A stretch of 64,000 bases of DNA. Origin: a virus. How positions within the stretch are numbered: the stretch's first letter is position 1; each line of letters opens with the position of its first letter. Shown here piece by piece: positions 36,475 to 45,162 of this stretch. The DNA lies in the IMG/VR virus record IMGVR_UViG_3300044837_000077, positions 3,314 through 67,313 of that record; one strand, 5' to 3'. The position numbers and the translations under genes are program-made. The notes beneath the pieces were generated by a model, which was not told the DNA's origin, ran no database searches, and worked only from the letters and a program-made list of their open reading frames with translations.

Positions 36475-37655
36475 TTCACCGCCCAGATATTCACGTTCTT
36501 CTTGACTTCGCTACGCGCGATCGTCCAGCCGACGTTTTTCAGCTTTTCAATCCATTGATCGGGACTTAAAAGGCAAATATGCGCATTGCGCCCGTCGGGG
36601 AGTACGGCGCGAGCGGGCTTAACGCTGATCGAGAAGTACGCCCCCTTGCCGGTCAGCCGCCAGATGTGGTCGAGCACGGCGTCGAGCTTCTCCGGTTCAA
36701 CGTGTTCGAGGACGTCTGAGCAGACCAAGAGATCGCACGGCTTGGGCATCCCGGCCCGGTCGGGGATGCCGGGATCGTAGCCCGAGACGCGGCGCGGCGG
36801 ACTGCGCTTCGCCATCGCGTCGCTGAGCGTGTTTCTGCCGCAGCCGTAATCGAGGATAGTCTTCGCATCGAGCTCGGCCGAGTACGCATCCACGGCTTCG
36901 ACGTGCGTCGCGCCATCTGTGCCCCATCGCGTGCTGGCGTGCAGCGTGGTGATCTGCGCCCTATAATCGGTGCTCGTCAGGTCGTCGAGCGAATACCGGT
37001 ACGCCCCAGCGTGGCGCATGAACATGCCAATGTGCCCGAGATCGAGCGCGTGGATGCCCTTCTTCGACAGCCGCCAGGCGAGCACCGTTGCGGCGGCGCC
37101 CAGGCATAGCAGGACACGCGCGCTCGTCTTGCCGATCTCTTCCTCGATGCGGTCGATCTCGGCGTAAGCGTGCTGACGCGGGCCGGTCACCTCTCGCACC
37201 GACTTCGCTTGATCGCCGATCATCTCCGTCGTGATCGATTTCTTGTCGCCAACGACAAGGACGACGTCCTGATCTCGCCACAGCGCCCAGACGCCCTCCC
37301 AGTAGGCCGGCGTATCGATCCACGGCGCATTGTCCGGCCGCGTGATGAAGCTAGACCAGTAGGCACGCTTGTCCTGCGCAAGCAGCGACGCGAACTTGGG
37401 CTCCGTGTACTTGATCCAACTCTCGCGCCGGGGCGCGTCCGGGTGAAACGGGTTCGGTATGCCGACCATGCACCCGTCGTCTTCGGCCTGGAGGACCGTC
37501 TGCAGCTCGCGTGCGAGTTTCGGATCCGGCCGCTGGCTGGTGCAGCCGCCGCCCACGGCGCAGCGCCACTCGCCGTCGCCAAATCTGGCGATCGACTTGA
37601 CCGAGCAGTTGGCGAGCGTCGCCTCTTCGCTCATGATCTGTGGATATCGCTTCAT
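36471..37655 (-). CDS. GT-D-fold (DUF1792) glycosyltransferase fused to SAM methyltransferase
   Basis: SIARFGDGE and LG.AATVLA..L...G..ALDLGH (GT-D); ILDYGCG, YDP, CSDVLEHV (methyltransferase). Confidence 0.85.
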   Translation of the reverse strand: MKRYPQIMSEEATLANCSVKSIARFGDGEWRCAVGGGCTSQRPDPKLARELQTVLQAEDDGCMVGIPNPFHPDAPRRESWIKYTEPKFASLLAQDKRAYWSSFITRPDNAPWIDTPAYWEGVWALWRDQDVVLVVGDKKSITTEMIGDQAKSVREVTGPRQHAYAEIDRIEEEIGKTSARVLLCLGAAATVLAWRLSKKGIHALDLGHIGMFMRHAGAYRYSLDDLTSTDYRAQITTLHASTRWGTDGATHVEAVDAYSAELDAKTILDYGCGRNTLSDAMAKRSPPRRVSGYDPGIPDRAGMPKPCDLLVCSDVLEHVEPEKLDAVLDHIWRLTGKGAYFSISVKPARAVLPDGRNAHICLLSPDQWIEKLKNVGWTIARSEVKKNVNIWAVK

Positions 37656-37852
37656 CAGGTTGTGTCCGTCAGGATGACAAGCAGGGCGAGATGGCAGAAG
37701 CGTCGTACCTCATCCTCGTCAGGCGGCGGTTTGAGCGTTCCCTTCTTCCACGCCACGTAGCGTTCGATGTCCTGGCGCCCGAAACCCCAGGCGTCGAGCT
37801 CGTCGACGTGGCACGTCAGGGCGTAGTCGATCGGCGGTCTGGGGAGCGTCAC
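37655..37852 (-). CDS. Hypothetical protein
   Basis: Coupled to neighbours on both sides. Confidence 0.55.
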   Translation of the reverse strand: MTLPRPPIDYALTCHVDELDAWGFGRQDIERYVAWKKGTLKPPPDEDEVRRFCHLALLVILTDTT

Positions 37853-38004
37853 GATCGTTTGACGACCCGCCGGGACAACGGATCGCGCACTGTCACCGGC
37901 ATCTGCTTGCCCGGAGTCAGCCTATTCGAAAGGGCGGCTCGCTTGTGTTTCGGTTTTGATTTCTGTTTCGCGGCCATCGTGTGTCCTCGTGGGGTGAGAT
38001 TCAT
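37849..38004 (-). CDS. Small basic hypothetical protein
   Basis: ATGA/GTGA coupling. Confidence 0.45.
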   Translation of the reverse strand: MNLTPRGHTMAAKQKSKPKHKRAALSNRLTPGKQMPVTVRDPLSRRVVKRS

Positions 38005-38402
38005 AGCGACTTCTTCAGCAATCCATCGATGTCCGGCGGTGCCGGCGGCGGCATGTAGGCATGCGCCGCCAGGAACCGGGCAGCGTCGTCCCACAACGCG
38101 TCATGAGCCGCGTCGTCGGACTGGATCGTGACAGCCTGGTAGCGGACCAACAGGTTGATCGCCTCGGTCAGTCTCTGCAGCGTAGGATTAGCCTGGTCGG
38201 TCGGTTGACTGGTCGTCTCTCCCGTGAATGCCGCCGCCTCGTCGACCTCGGCCTGCGAGCAGTGCAGGATCTGCGCGGCCGCGGCTAGGAAGTCGCCCTC
38301 GCGCTCTTGGCTGTCGCCGTAGATCGTGATCTCGGTCAGGCCGGCGACGGTGAACAGCGGGTTGTCCTGCCGGAGTTTCACCATCCTCTCTTTGAGCGTC
38401 AC
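38001..38402 (-). CDS. Hypothetical protein, probable first gene of the GT operon
   Basis: GGAG RBS upstream; high GC3. Confidence 0.65.
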   Translation of the reverse strand: MTLKERMVKLRQDNPLFTVAGLTEITIYGDSQEREGDFLAAAAQILHCSQAEVDEAAAFTGETTSQPTDQANPTLQRLTEAINLLVRYQAVTIQSDDAAHDALWDDAARFLAAHAYMPPPAPPDIDGLLKKSL

Positions 38403-38496
38403 GTCGTCTTCTCCCGTGCACCATCGCTGTGTCCGGTTAGTGCTATGGAATAGCAGAAAGTGACCGTGAGTTTAGTAGCTAACGCAGCCGCTAGAT

Positions 38497-38682
38497 TTAC
38501 AGAAGAGTTAGCCCTAACCAGGCGAGAACGCCGAGCGCAATGGCGACGAGCCACAGGTCCCAACGGAATATGAGACGTCGCGACACTTTCGCGTCGCTGG
38601 TGCATTGAGGGCATGCCGTCGCTTCGGCGCTGAGGTCGCCGCCGCATTCCTTGCATTTGAGCACCGCGACTCTCCCTGTCAT
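38497..38682 (-). CDS. Zn-ribbon membrane protein
   Basis: CKECG..LS.EA.ACPQC plus C-terminal TM. Confidence 0.65.
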   Translation of the reverse strand: MTGRVAVLKCKECGGDLSAEATACPQCTSDAKVSRRLIFRWDLWLVAIALGVLAWLGLTLL

Positions 38683-38753
38683 TGCGATGCGGCACTGTAG
38701 TCGAGACGCGAGTCAGGGTGTCCATGCTTTGACTTAAGGGTGGGCTAAAAAGC

Positions 38754-38972
38754 TTTGGAATATTACGAACATAGTTCCATGTGGAACAACGGCTTACCTG
38801 ATCGCCAGCTCCAAAAATATTCCAAACCGCGACACCATCATTCGTCAGCCAATTCAGCAGCTTACGCGCGAGAGAACGCCTCCCTACGAACCAGGAGGCC
38901 GGGAGTTCGAATCTCTCCGGGCGCACCATATTTCGCTCACCCGTTTGGAATATTTTCATATCTTTGGAATAT
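38754..38972. repeat. Four TTTGGAATAT arm-type repeats around attP
   Basis: Copies at 38754(+), 38817-38826(-), 38944(+), 38963(+). Confidence 0.8.
38884..38928 (+). other. attP: attP core = 3' half of tRNA-Arg(ACG)
   Basis: CTACGAA anticodon loop, GTTCGAATC T-loop, acceptor 3' strand and CCA; no matching 5' half; about 240 bp from integrase stop. Confidence 0.88.
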
Positions 38973-39171
38973 CCGAACCTAGTTCCCGCTCGATGTCCTC
39001 GATGATTGTCGGGTCACTCAGAGCGCCGTTCCGTTCATCGGAGGCCGCCTCCGCCCAGCGCAAATCTGGAAGCGCCCGTCGCAATAGCTCCCGCAACCGC
39101 GTGTAAGCTTCCGCCTCGACGTAGTCCCAGAACGGCTCAGTATCTTTGCCTTTGACAAATGGATCTTCCAT
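38956..39171 (-). CDS. Hypothetical protein downstream of int
   Basis: TAATG coupling to integrase. Confidence 0.5.
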   Translation of the reverse strand: MEDPFVKGKDTEPFWDYVEAEAYTRLRELLRRALPDLRWAEAASDERNGALSDPTIIEDIERELGSDIPKI

Positions 39172-40157
39172 TAGGACCTCGGCTTCGCCTTCGTAACCCC
39201 TCTCCGATAGAACCGCCGCGTGGTCGCGACGTCCCTATGCCCCAGCCGATCGCGCGCCTCCTCGTCCGTTTCCGCTCCGTCCGCCGACACGCTACGCAGG
39301 TCGTGGAACGTGAACCACACGCCACCGGCCTTCATGTGCTTGATCATGACGCGCCGCCAGATCTGATAGAACCCCGATGAGCTGTACGGCTTGCCTTTGC
39401 GCGTGCGTATCAAGTAGTCGCCCGGGATCTGCGGCGCCATCGCCTTCAGCTCCGCGACGACCGCCTCGAGGTCCGGGCTCCATTCGATCAGCACCCGCGC
39501 GCCGCCTTTCCCCTGCTGGATATAGATCCCCTCGGCCGTCAGATGTTCACGCCTGACTTTCAGCAGATCCCCTTTGCGCTGGCCGATTGCCACCGCGAGA
39601 TCGATCGCAGCCCGCATGCGCCCATTCGCCAGCTTCTTGACCGCCGCGACCTGCTCCATCGTGACCTGCGCGCGTTTCGGGCTGCGCGGCCCCAGGTCAA
39701 GGCCTAGCGCCGGATTCCTCGACGCCTTGCCCCAGCGGTTTGCCTTAGCGAACAAGTGCCGCAGGAGTTCAACTTCGTGTCGTGCGGCGACCGGGACTAG
39801 CTCGCCATCCTCCGAGCGCCTACCGTCCTGATAGGCGTAGCACATCTGCGCCGTGATGTTGTCGGGCAGCATGGCCCCGAAGGCGACTTTCAGCCGGTCG
39901 AGCTGCTTACCCTGGTCGCGGCGGGTGGACTTGGAGCGTTTGAGTGGCAGCACCTCAGTCCGATACCGGTCTATCACATCGCCCAAGGTGTTGCCGGTCC
40001 AGGTATTGCCAATGAGGCCGGCGTATTGGGACAGAGCGGCGGCAAGATCGTGGCCGAGATTGACCGGTTTGCCGATCTTCGGCCGAAAGTAATAGGAGCC
40101 GTGAACCAGGTAGACGCGCCGCGGGAGATGATTATCCTGCTTTCTTTTTCGTCCCAT
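39171..40157 (-). CDS. int: Tyrosine integrase
   Basis: GQRKGDL (R), Q.K, FHDLR, LGH, FY catalytic residues; adjacent to attP. Confidence 0.93.
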   Translation of the reverse strand: MGRKRKQDNHLPRRVYLVHGSYYFRPKIGKPVNLGHDLAAALSQYAGLIGNTWTGNTLGDVIDRYRTEVLPLKRSKSTRRDQGKQLDRLKVAFGAMLPDNITAQMCYAYQDGRRSEDGELVPVAARHEVELLRHLFAKANRWGKASRNPALGLDLGPRSPKRAQVTMEQVAAVKKLANGRMRAAIDLAVAIGQRKGDLLKVRREHLTAEGIYIQQGKGGARVLIEWSPDLEAVVAELKAMAPQIPGDYLIRTRKGKPYSSSGFYQIWRRVMIKHMKAGGVWFTFHDLRSVSADGAETDEEARDRLGHRDVATTRRFYRRGVTKAKPRS

Positions 40158-40362
40158 TGATCGCATCCCAGTCGAAATTGGGTTCTTGGATGCCTGCGGC
40201 CTTCCCGCCCACCATGTGCCGATTGAACTCATCTAGGGCGACGATCGGCTCTCCGAGGGCGTTCACGGTAAACCGCCAGCCGTGCCGACGCAACCAGCGC
40301 GCCTGGGCGGAGGCTCGGACGTAGCCGGTCAGAGCCTTGACGTCGGAGCGGGGCATGATCAC
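40132..40362 (-). CDS. DUF4224-like excisionase/RDF candidate
   Basis: LTGY.R.SAQ.RWL...GW.F..N..G.P.V, EPNFD; directly upstream of int. Confidence 0.8.
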   Translation of the reverse strand: MIMPRSDVKALTGYVRASAQARWLRRHGWRFTVNALGEPIVALDEFNRHMVGGKAAGIQEPNFDWDAINGTKKKAG

Positions 40363-40514
40363 TTCCCCGTCTCCTTCGCTACCCGCTTCTCCTCCTCCAT
40401 CTCCCCGCCACACGCGCATCGCTGATTATTGCGTAACGCACGAGTGAGGCCGGAGATCTTGCGGCGGCATTTGACGCAGACCAGGATGACGCTCGCGGCT
40501 TTGTTGTCAGCCAT
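40359..40514 (-). CDS. Small Zn-finger protein
   Basis: CVKC...CACGG. Confidence 0.5.
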   Translation of the reverse strand: MADNKAASVILVCVKCRRKISGLTRALRNNQRCACGGEMEEEKRVAKETGK

Positions 40515-40725
40515 GGTCGGCGCCGGCATCATCGAGTTCAGTGGCAACTAAGGGAACGTCGCGCCATTCGGCTTCGCGCGGAACATCTCTCAAGTAAAGT
40601 TGTTGCAATATCTTGTGCCCGTTCTCCTCAATGAATCGTAGCGGTGCCGCGGCATACCATTCCTGTCCCCACGCGCCGCCGTCTAAACTGATGCGTCGCT
40701 TGCCCTTGCGGGTTCGAGCGCTCAT
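40507..40725 (-). CDS. Hypothetical protein
   Basis: LRF...KILQQ...EWRDVP, a common small phage ORF motif; GGAG RBS. Confidence 0.65.
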   Translation of the reverse strand: MSARTRKGKRRISLDGGAWGQEWYAAAPLRFIEENGHKILQQLYLRDVPREAEWRDVPLVATELDDAGADHG

Positions 40726-40753
40726 TTAGGCTCCGCGGGCGGAATAATGGGGC

Positions 40754-40930
40754 ATGGCCAAGAAGGTCGACCTCATCGAGCGCTTCCGTCGACACGTCGA
40801 GTACAGCCAGAAGCGCGATACGTACGCCCGCCGCGCGATCGAGCTGCTCGACCAGGGCGAAGACAAAGCCGGGATGCGGGCCGCAGCGAAGGCGGAACTT
40901 TGGGACCTCAAGGCGAAGTCCCTGGAGTGA
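40754..40930 (+). CDS. 58-aa counter-oriented helical protein (not in ORF track)
   Basis: My translation MAKKVDLIERFRRHVEYSQKRDTYARRAIELLDQGEDKAGMRAAAKAELWDLKAKSLE*; strong GC3; fills the gap between minus-strand genes. Confidence 0.65.
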   Translation: MAKKVDLIERFRRHVEYSQKRDTYARRAIELLDQGEDKAGMRAAAKAELWDLKAKSLE

Positions 40931-41162
40931 CCGCTGCGGCCTTGGGAGTAGCCCAATAGCGATTTTCTTCTTGGGTCGGTGCATCGACCGGCCTTTCCTC
41001 CGTGTCGTAACACACTTCGCCGTGGTCGCCAGTTCCGACCCGTCCGTCTCGCGTGAGCCACACATGCTCTATGCCGGTTCGTAGGTGGCCGTCCCATAAA
41101 TGGAGCACTTCGGCGTCCGCCGGCATATTCTGCAAACGTTCGATTAGTTCGGATACCTTCAT
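40908..41162 (-). CDS. Hypothetical protein
   Basis: MKV.ELIE.L..MP.DAEV start typical of small phage ORFs. Confidence 0.65.
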   Translation of the reverse strand: MKVSELIERLQNMPADAEVLHLWDGHLRTGIEHVWLTRDGRVGTGDHGEVCYDTEERPVDAPTQEENRYWATPKAAAVTPGTSP

Positions 41163-41344
41163 TGCTTTTCTCCGGTATCACTAGCGAAGCGTTCCGGCTT
41201 GCACACCTTAACGGCCTCACAGAGATCCAAAAATTCAAATCCAGAAGCCTTCCCGGATTCGCGGGACAATACATACGCCACGGCTGTCTCTACGACCCGT
41301 TCGCGCTTCGCCAGGGTACGCATGAGAGTTCGGCCGCGACTCAT
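41159..41344 (-). CDS. Hypothetical protein
   Basis: Coupled ORF. Confidence 0.5.
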   Translation of the reverse strand: MSRGRTLMRTLAKRERVVETAVAYVLSRESGKASGFEFLDLCEAVKVCKPERFASDTGEKQ

Positions 41345-41607
41345 TCCGCGCCTCCCCTATCATTCGTAGAGCGCTTAAGGGGTATAGGGCGGTCGGTCCT
41401 TGTGCCGTCCTTGCTGACTTCCGCTATGCGCAGTTCGCCACCGCACCGATCACAGCCCATCTCAGCCGCCAAGCCGCTCACCGCGCACACGGGCGCCATG
41501 AAGCCGCAGCGGTCTATGGGGCGACCGTAGGTACGCGGGCACCAAACCTGAAATTCGCCAGGCTGCAACCAATGCGCGGGCGATCCGCTAGGCAAGTCCT
41601 CGTTCAT
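41341..41607 (-). CDS. Cys-rich hypothetical protein
   Basis: Coupled ORF; CDRCGG. Confidence 0.5.
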   Translation of the reverse strand: MNEDLPSGSPAHWLQPGEFQVWCPRTYGRPIDRCGFMAPVCAVSGLAAEMGCDRCGGELRIAEVSKDGTRTDRPIPLKRSTNDRGGAE

Positions 41608-42512
41608 TTGGCTGTTCCCCTATCAGACTGTGAGGTGACGCGGTAATCCTTGGCGACAATGCCGTTGACCATCGTCCCGACCGAGTGCATACGAACCCAA
41701 CAATTCTTGCCAGTCGGTAGCCGTCTGATATGTCCACGGCGGAAATGAAATCGAGGGCTCGCATGCGTTCCCACTGCAACGTCCTCGCCGCTGGCAGTCT
41801 TGTTCGGTAGGTCTAGAATCTTGTACACCAGGAACCGGCCGCGATGCTTGCGGGCATCCTGTTCACGTTTAAATCGCGATATCGGGGCGTCCCGCACGTC
41901 AACATTCGAACAAGACAGGAGACATAAAAAGTCAGCGGCAATGCGTGTGAAGAACGCCCAGCATGGCCGGAATTTTGGATCTTCATCAGTTATACCGAGC
42001 GGCGCGCGTTGGACCGGACCGGAAAACGTGCATTCATCAAAGCCGGTAACCTGAAGATCGAGGCCTTTTGGCACTCTAAGAATCTCGTCGCACCATCCCC
42101 ACGTACCTGTCAATTCGAGCCAGCAAGCCGCCATCGAGATGCAAAAATCGTTATCGTTATCCCAATCATCCATCAAGAATATTGTCGCCGCTGAAAAGTT
42201 TTTCGCCTTGGCAAATTCGTTAGTGAACTTGAATTCAAGCGCGGTTACCGGATATGGCGGTCGCAGCTCGCCCATCATGATCGACCGCTTCCCTTCAAGA
42301 CCAAGATCCCCGTTGTGAGGCATTAGGAATGGCTGGGCTTCCGCACAGAGTGCTCGATAGAACGTCGCTTCCTTTGCTAACAGGCGATCCTGTTCTTGAG
42401 TGTTTGTGCTCGAAAACTTGCCTCGCTCGGCGTTGCGAAACATGCGGGCCATATCGTTCAGCAGTAGCCGCCCCGGCAGTTCGGTAGCCTCACCCATGCT
42501 TTGCTCCTCCAT
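41604..42512 (-). CDS. Hypothetical phage protein (SPR.H.RRGH.R family)
   Basis: HASPRFHFRRGHIR...WV...VG...G...KDY C-terminal motif. Confidence 0.7.
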   Translation of the reverse strand: MEEQSMGEATELPGRLLLNDMARMFRNAERGKFSSTNTQEQDRLLAKEATFYRALCAEAQPFLMPHNGDLGLEGKRSIMMGELRPPYPVTALEFKFTNEFAKAKNFSAATIFLMDDWDNDNDFCISMAACWLELTGTWGWCDEILRVPKGLDLQVTGFDECTFSGPVQRAPLGITDEDPKFRPCWAFFTRIAADFLCLLSCSNVDVRDAPISRFKREQDARKHRGRFLVYKILDLPNKTASGEDVAVGTHASPRFHFRRGHIRRLPTGKNCWVRMHSVGTMVNGIVAKDYRVTSQSDRGTAK

Positions 42513-42523
42513 CGATACCGTAG

Positions 42524-43000
42524 CTAGTGAAACTCAAGGGGTTCTCCCGCGGCTGCGGCAGCCCGCAGCCCGTCAATGAACTGCTTGGTCTTGTCCTTCC
42601 AATTGCCGATATGTCCGAGCCCGTCGGTGTCCGGTAGCAGCGGCATGAGCTTTTCCAGTTCGTCGGCGATCGGCCCGCAGCTGTCTGCCGGTATCTCTCC
42701 GTCGCAGTCCGAGTGATATAGCAGCTCGTGGAGCGGCGACGGCTTGAGGCATTCCCATTTGATGGGAAGCGACTCTTCGAACCGCTTGATGCAATTGCGC
42801 GTCATCTCGTCGGTGTGCGGTCCAAGGTATATCGTCGGGATCTGGCCGTTCCAACTCGATTCTGAGACCCGGAGGGGCGTGTAGAATCCCTCCATGAATT
42901 GCAGCGGCGGTAGTCCGGCCACCTGGGCGATCTTCTCGCGCCAGCGCATGAACGACGAGTAGCCGCCATGCCAAGCGTCGTGAGACGTATCAAGTCCCAT
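42524..43000 (-). CDS. Hypothetical phage protein (HSDCDG family)
   Basis: MGLD...W.G.YS.F..WR, LL.HSDCDGEI; AGGAG RBS. Confidence 0.75.
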   Translation of the reverse strand: MGLDTSHDAWHGGYSSFMRWREKIAQVAGLPPLQFMEGFYTPLRVSESSWNGQIPTIYLGPHTDEMTRNCIKRFEESLPIKWECLKPSPLHELLYHSDCDGEIPADSCGPIADELEKLMPLLPDTDGLGHIGNWKDKTKQFIDGLRAAAAAGEPLEFH

Positions 43001-43295
43001 GCTTCTCTCCTGTGTCGGCAGTAAGGGCGGTTCGCAAATCAGCGCAGTCCGGGCACGACACAACGTTCGAACTGAAACAGTCCGGTCCAGCGACGGTCGT
43101 CAACCCAGTGCCCACACACGAGCAGCAAAGAGCGGCTCGCTCGCGGATCGCCGCCTCCAGATGTTGGATGTGCTTTTGCAGCCCGGCAATGTGGACACCT
43201 ACCGCCCTGGCGTTCGCCCTGGCGATCTCGTTTGTATTGGTCTTCGGGTTGACCCACGAATCCAGCCAGAACAGCGCCTGCTCATTCAGCTTCAC
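42990..43295 (-). CDS. Hypothetical protein with DnaJ-type CxxCxGxG motif
   Basis: CSCVGTG...CPDC. Confidence 0.55.
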   Translation of the reverse strand: MKLNEQALFWLDSWVNPKTNTNEIARANARAVGVHIAGLQKHIQHLEAAIRERAALCCSCVGTGLTTVAGPDCFSSNVVSCPDCADLRTALTADTGEKHGT

Positions 43296-43507
43296 GTCGA
43301 CTTTCCTTCTGTTTCAGCCTGAAAGTCTGTGATCAGACCAAACCGCTTAGCAATCTCCTGGTAGCAATCCTCGCAGACGCACGCCGTATCTTCTGGCGGC
43401 AGATCCGCGAAACCATTGGCTGCCTGCTCGGCGCGAGCCTGCTCTTCAGTCCATCCGCGCTCGAACACGCCGCCACATTCGGCACACTGATATTCGTTAT
43501 CTTTCAC
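43292..43507 (-). CDS. Small Zn-binding protein
   Basis: CAECG...VCEDC; AAAGG upstream of GTG. Confidence 0.6.
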   Translation of the reverse strand: MKDNEYQCAECGGVFERGWTEEQARAEQAANGFADLPPEDTACVCEDCYQEIAKRFGLITDFQAETEGKST

Positions 43508-43532
43508 TCGACACCTTTGGATGTATGCGATG

Positions 43533-43973
43533 TCATTTCCGAAACTCCACGACCTTCGGACTCGTATCCGGTGGCGGTAGCAGGCCCGCGGCGTTTGCTG
43601 CATCGATGACACGCCGGCCATCGGCCAAGACCATGTGCGGCAGGAACGCCGTGTCGAAGCTTAAGACCCCGCACTCTATGGCGGTCGTCTGCCCCTTGAC
43701 CCAATCCCGCAGGATCGAATAGACCGCCCGCCTGGCGTGCTCTAATGCGTCCTCACGCTTCCAACCGCTTTTGGTTATGAGCGCCTGGGCGTATCCCGAC
43801 CAACTCGCCTCGAGTTGCACCTGTCGATCGCGCCACTTGAATACGACGATTGCGACTTGGCGGTCGTTGTCGGTCATTGTCCCGAAGGACTGGCAACCGA
43901 AGGCCGCGAGAGTCTTGGTGATCTCTCGCATAGCGTCGGTTTTCAGCTTCACGTGCTCATAGGGAATCGGCAT
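43533..43973 (-). CDS. Hypothetical phage protein
   Basis: SILRDWVKGQ...AFLPH; good codon bias. Confidence 0.7.
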   Translation of the reverse strand: MPIPYEHVKLKTDAMREITKTLAAFGCQSFGTMTDNDRQVAIVVFKWRDRQVQLEASWSGYAQALITKSGWKREDALEHARRAVYSILRDWVKGQTTAIECGVLSFDTAFLPHMVLADGRRVIDAANAAGLLPPPDTSPKVVEFRK

Positions 43974-44163
43974 GCGGCACTCCGGAAGTATTTTCTGTCA
44001 GAACGCCGTCCACACTGACCTTGAACGGCGCGATCTCAATTCGAGTCGTGGCCCGGTAAAGCAGGTCGGCGTAATGGGCCTTGTGAACCATGATGTAATC
44101 GGCAGGGTCGTAGTAGCCCTTCGGGATGACCGGTTTCGGTGCGGTTCGCGTCTTTCGCTTCAT
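43957..44163 (-). CDS. Hypothetical protein
   Basis: AGGGG RBS; ORF only. Confidence 0.5.
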   Translation of the reverse strand: MKRKTRTAPKPVIPKGYYDPADYIMVHKAHYADLLYRATTRIEIAPFKVSVDGVLTENTSGVPHADSL

Positions 44164-44188
44164 TTGTCAGCCCCTGAAGTAGATTGTG

Positions 44189-44947
44189 TCACGCGAAGCA
44201 CCCGCAACCGCCGATGTCGAACATGTCGACTTGTTCGCCGGCCTCGATGCGCAATCGCAATGTCCGCATGGTTAGCGGCTTCTTTTTGCCATCGCCTGTG
44301 CGGTCGGTCATCATCGATACGTCTTTGCCTAGATAGGCGCGTAGCGATTGTTCTTCGGCTTCGTGCTCGGCGTAAAGCGTCGGCTTCGTCCGAAGCAGGT
44401 TAGCGAATTGCCCCTGCCCAGCTTTGCAGCAAAAACCGCCGCAATTGTTGTGCGAGAATCCTTCCGCATATAACCGTGGCGGCGCGATCCCTTCGGCCTT
44501 GAGTTCTCGCAGCATGTCGGTTTTCAGGATGAACGGCGCCTCACAGAGCGGCGCCTTGTACGTCCATCCGTCTTTCGCTCGAAGGTCACGCAGCCGTTTG
44601 AACCGATGTTCCTCGGTCCAGTCGATTCCAACGTAGATCGTCGTATCGGCCGGGTCACAGTTGGTTGAAAACCAACTGTCAGCTGGCTTGCGCTTGAGGA
44701 TCGCCGAGCAGGGGTCGCGGCGGGAGTTACCCAGGAACCGACGATCCCGGTACACCTGCCACGGCGTGCGCCCCTCAGCGATGCGCACCAGGTCGCCGCC
44801 GACGTTCGCAGCGGCTTCCTCAAGGAAGCGATATAGGTCGGCATCCTCAATCAAGGTATCGGTGAACAGCAGCGTTTTTGGGTTGGGCACGCGCCGTGCC
44901 GCAGCCCATGAGCCAATACCACCGCTGAACATGACGACGTGTTTCAT
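44189..44947 (-). CDS. PAPS-reductase-like / PP-loop protein with Cys cluster
   Basis: FSGGIGSW PP-loop, DT..ED.DLYRF, CS..LK, HNNCGGFC, GGCGCF. Confidence 0.8.
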   Translation of the reverse strand: MKHVVMFSGGIGSWAAARRVPNPKTLLFTDTLIEDADLYRFLEEAAANVGGDLVRIAEGRTPWQVYRDRRFLGNSRRDPCSAILKRKPADSWFSTNCDPADTTIYVGIDWTEEHRFKRLRDLRAKDGWTYKAPLCEAPFILKTDMLRELKAEGIAPPRLYAEGFSHNNCGGFCCKAGQGQFANLLRTKPTLYAEHEAEEQSLRAYLGKDVSMMTDRTGDGKKKPLTMRTLRLRIEAGEQVDMFDIGGCGCFA

Positions 44948-45162
44948 CTGAGCGGTTCGACTTTCCGCCGCGCTCTGTCGTATACGCGCCGCGTCATCTT
45001 GATATCGATATGCCCCGCAAGCAGGTAGGCCGAATCCAGGCTCAGGTTGTCGGAGATCGACTTCGCCCTGAGATCATGGAAATGGAAGCGCGCGTTCCCG
45101 GCCTTCTCCCATGTCCTGCAATAGCGCTGCCACATAGCCCGGAAGCCGTCAGGGCTACTCAT
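44944..45162 (-). pseudogene. C-terminal fragment of a second tyrosine integrase
   Basis: GF..MWQR, FHFHDLRAK, AGH.D..MTRRVY; aligns by eye with the end of int. Confidence 0.75.

Noticed and set aside
38855-38928. Functional tRNA-Arg gene
   Set aside because: Only the 3' half is present; upstream bases cannot form the acceptor, D or anticodon stems, so it is called attP
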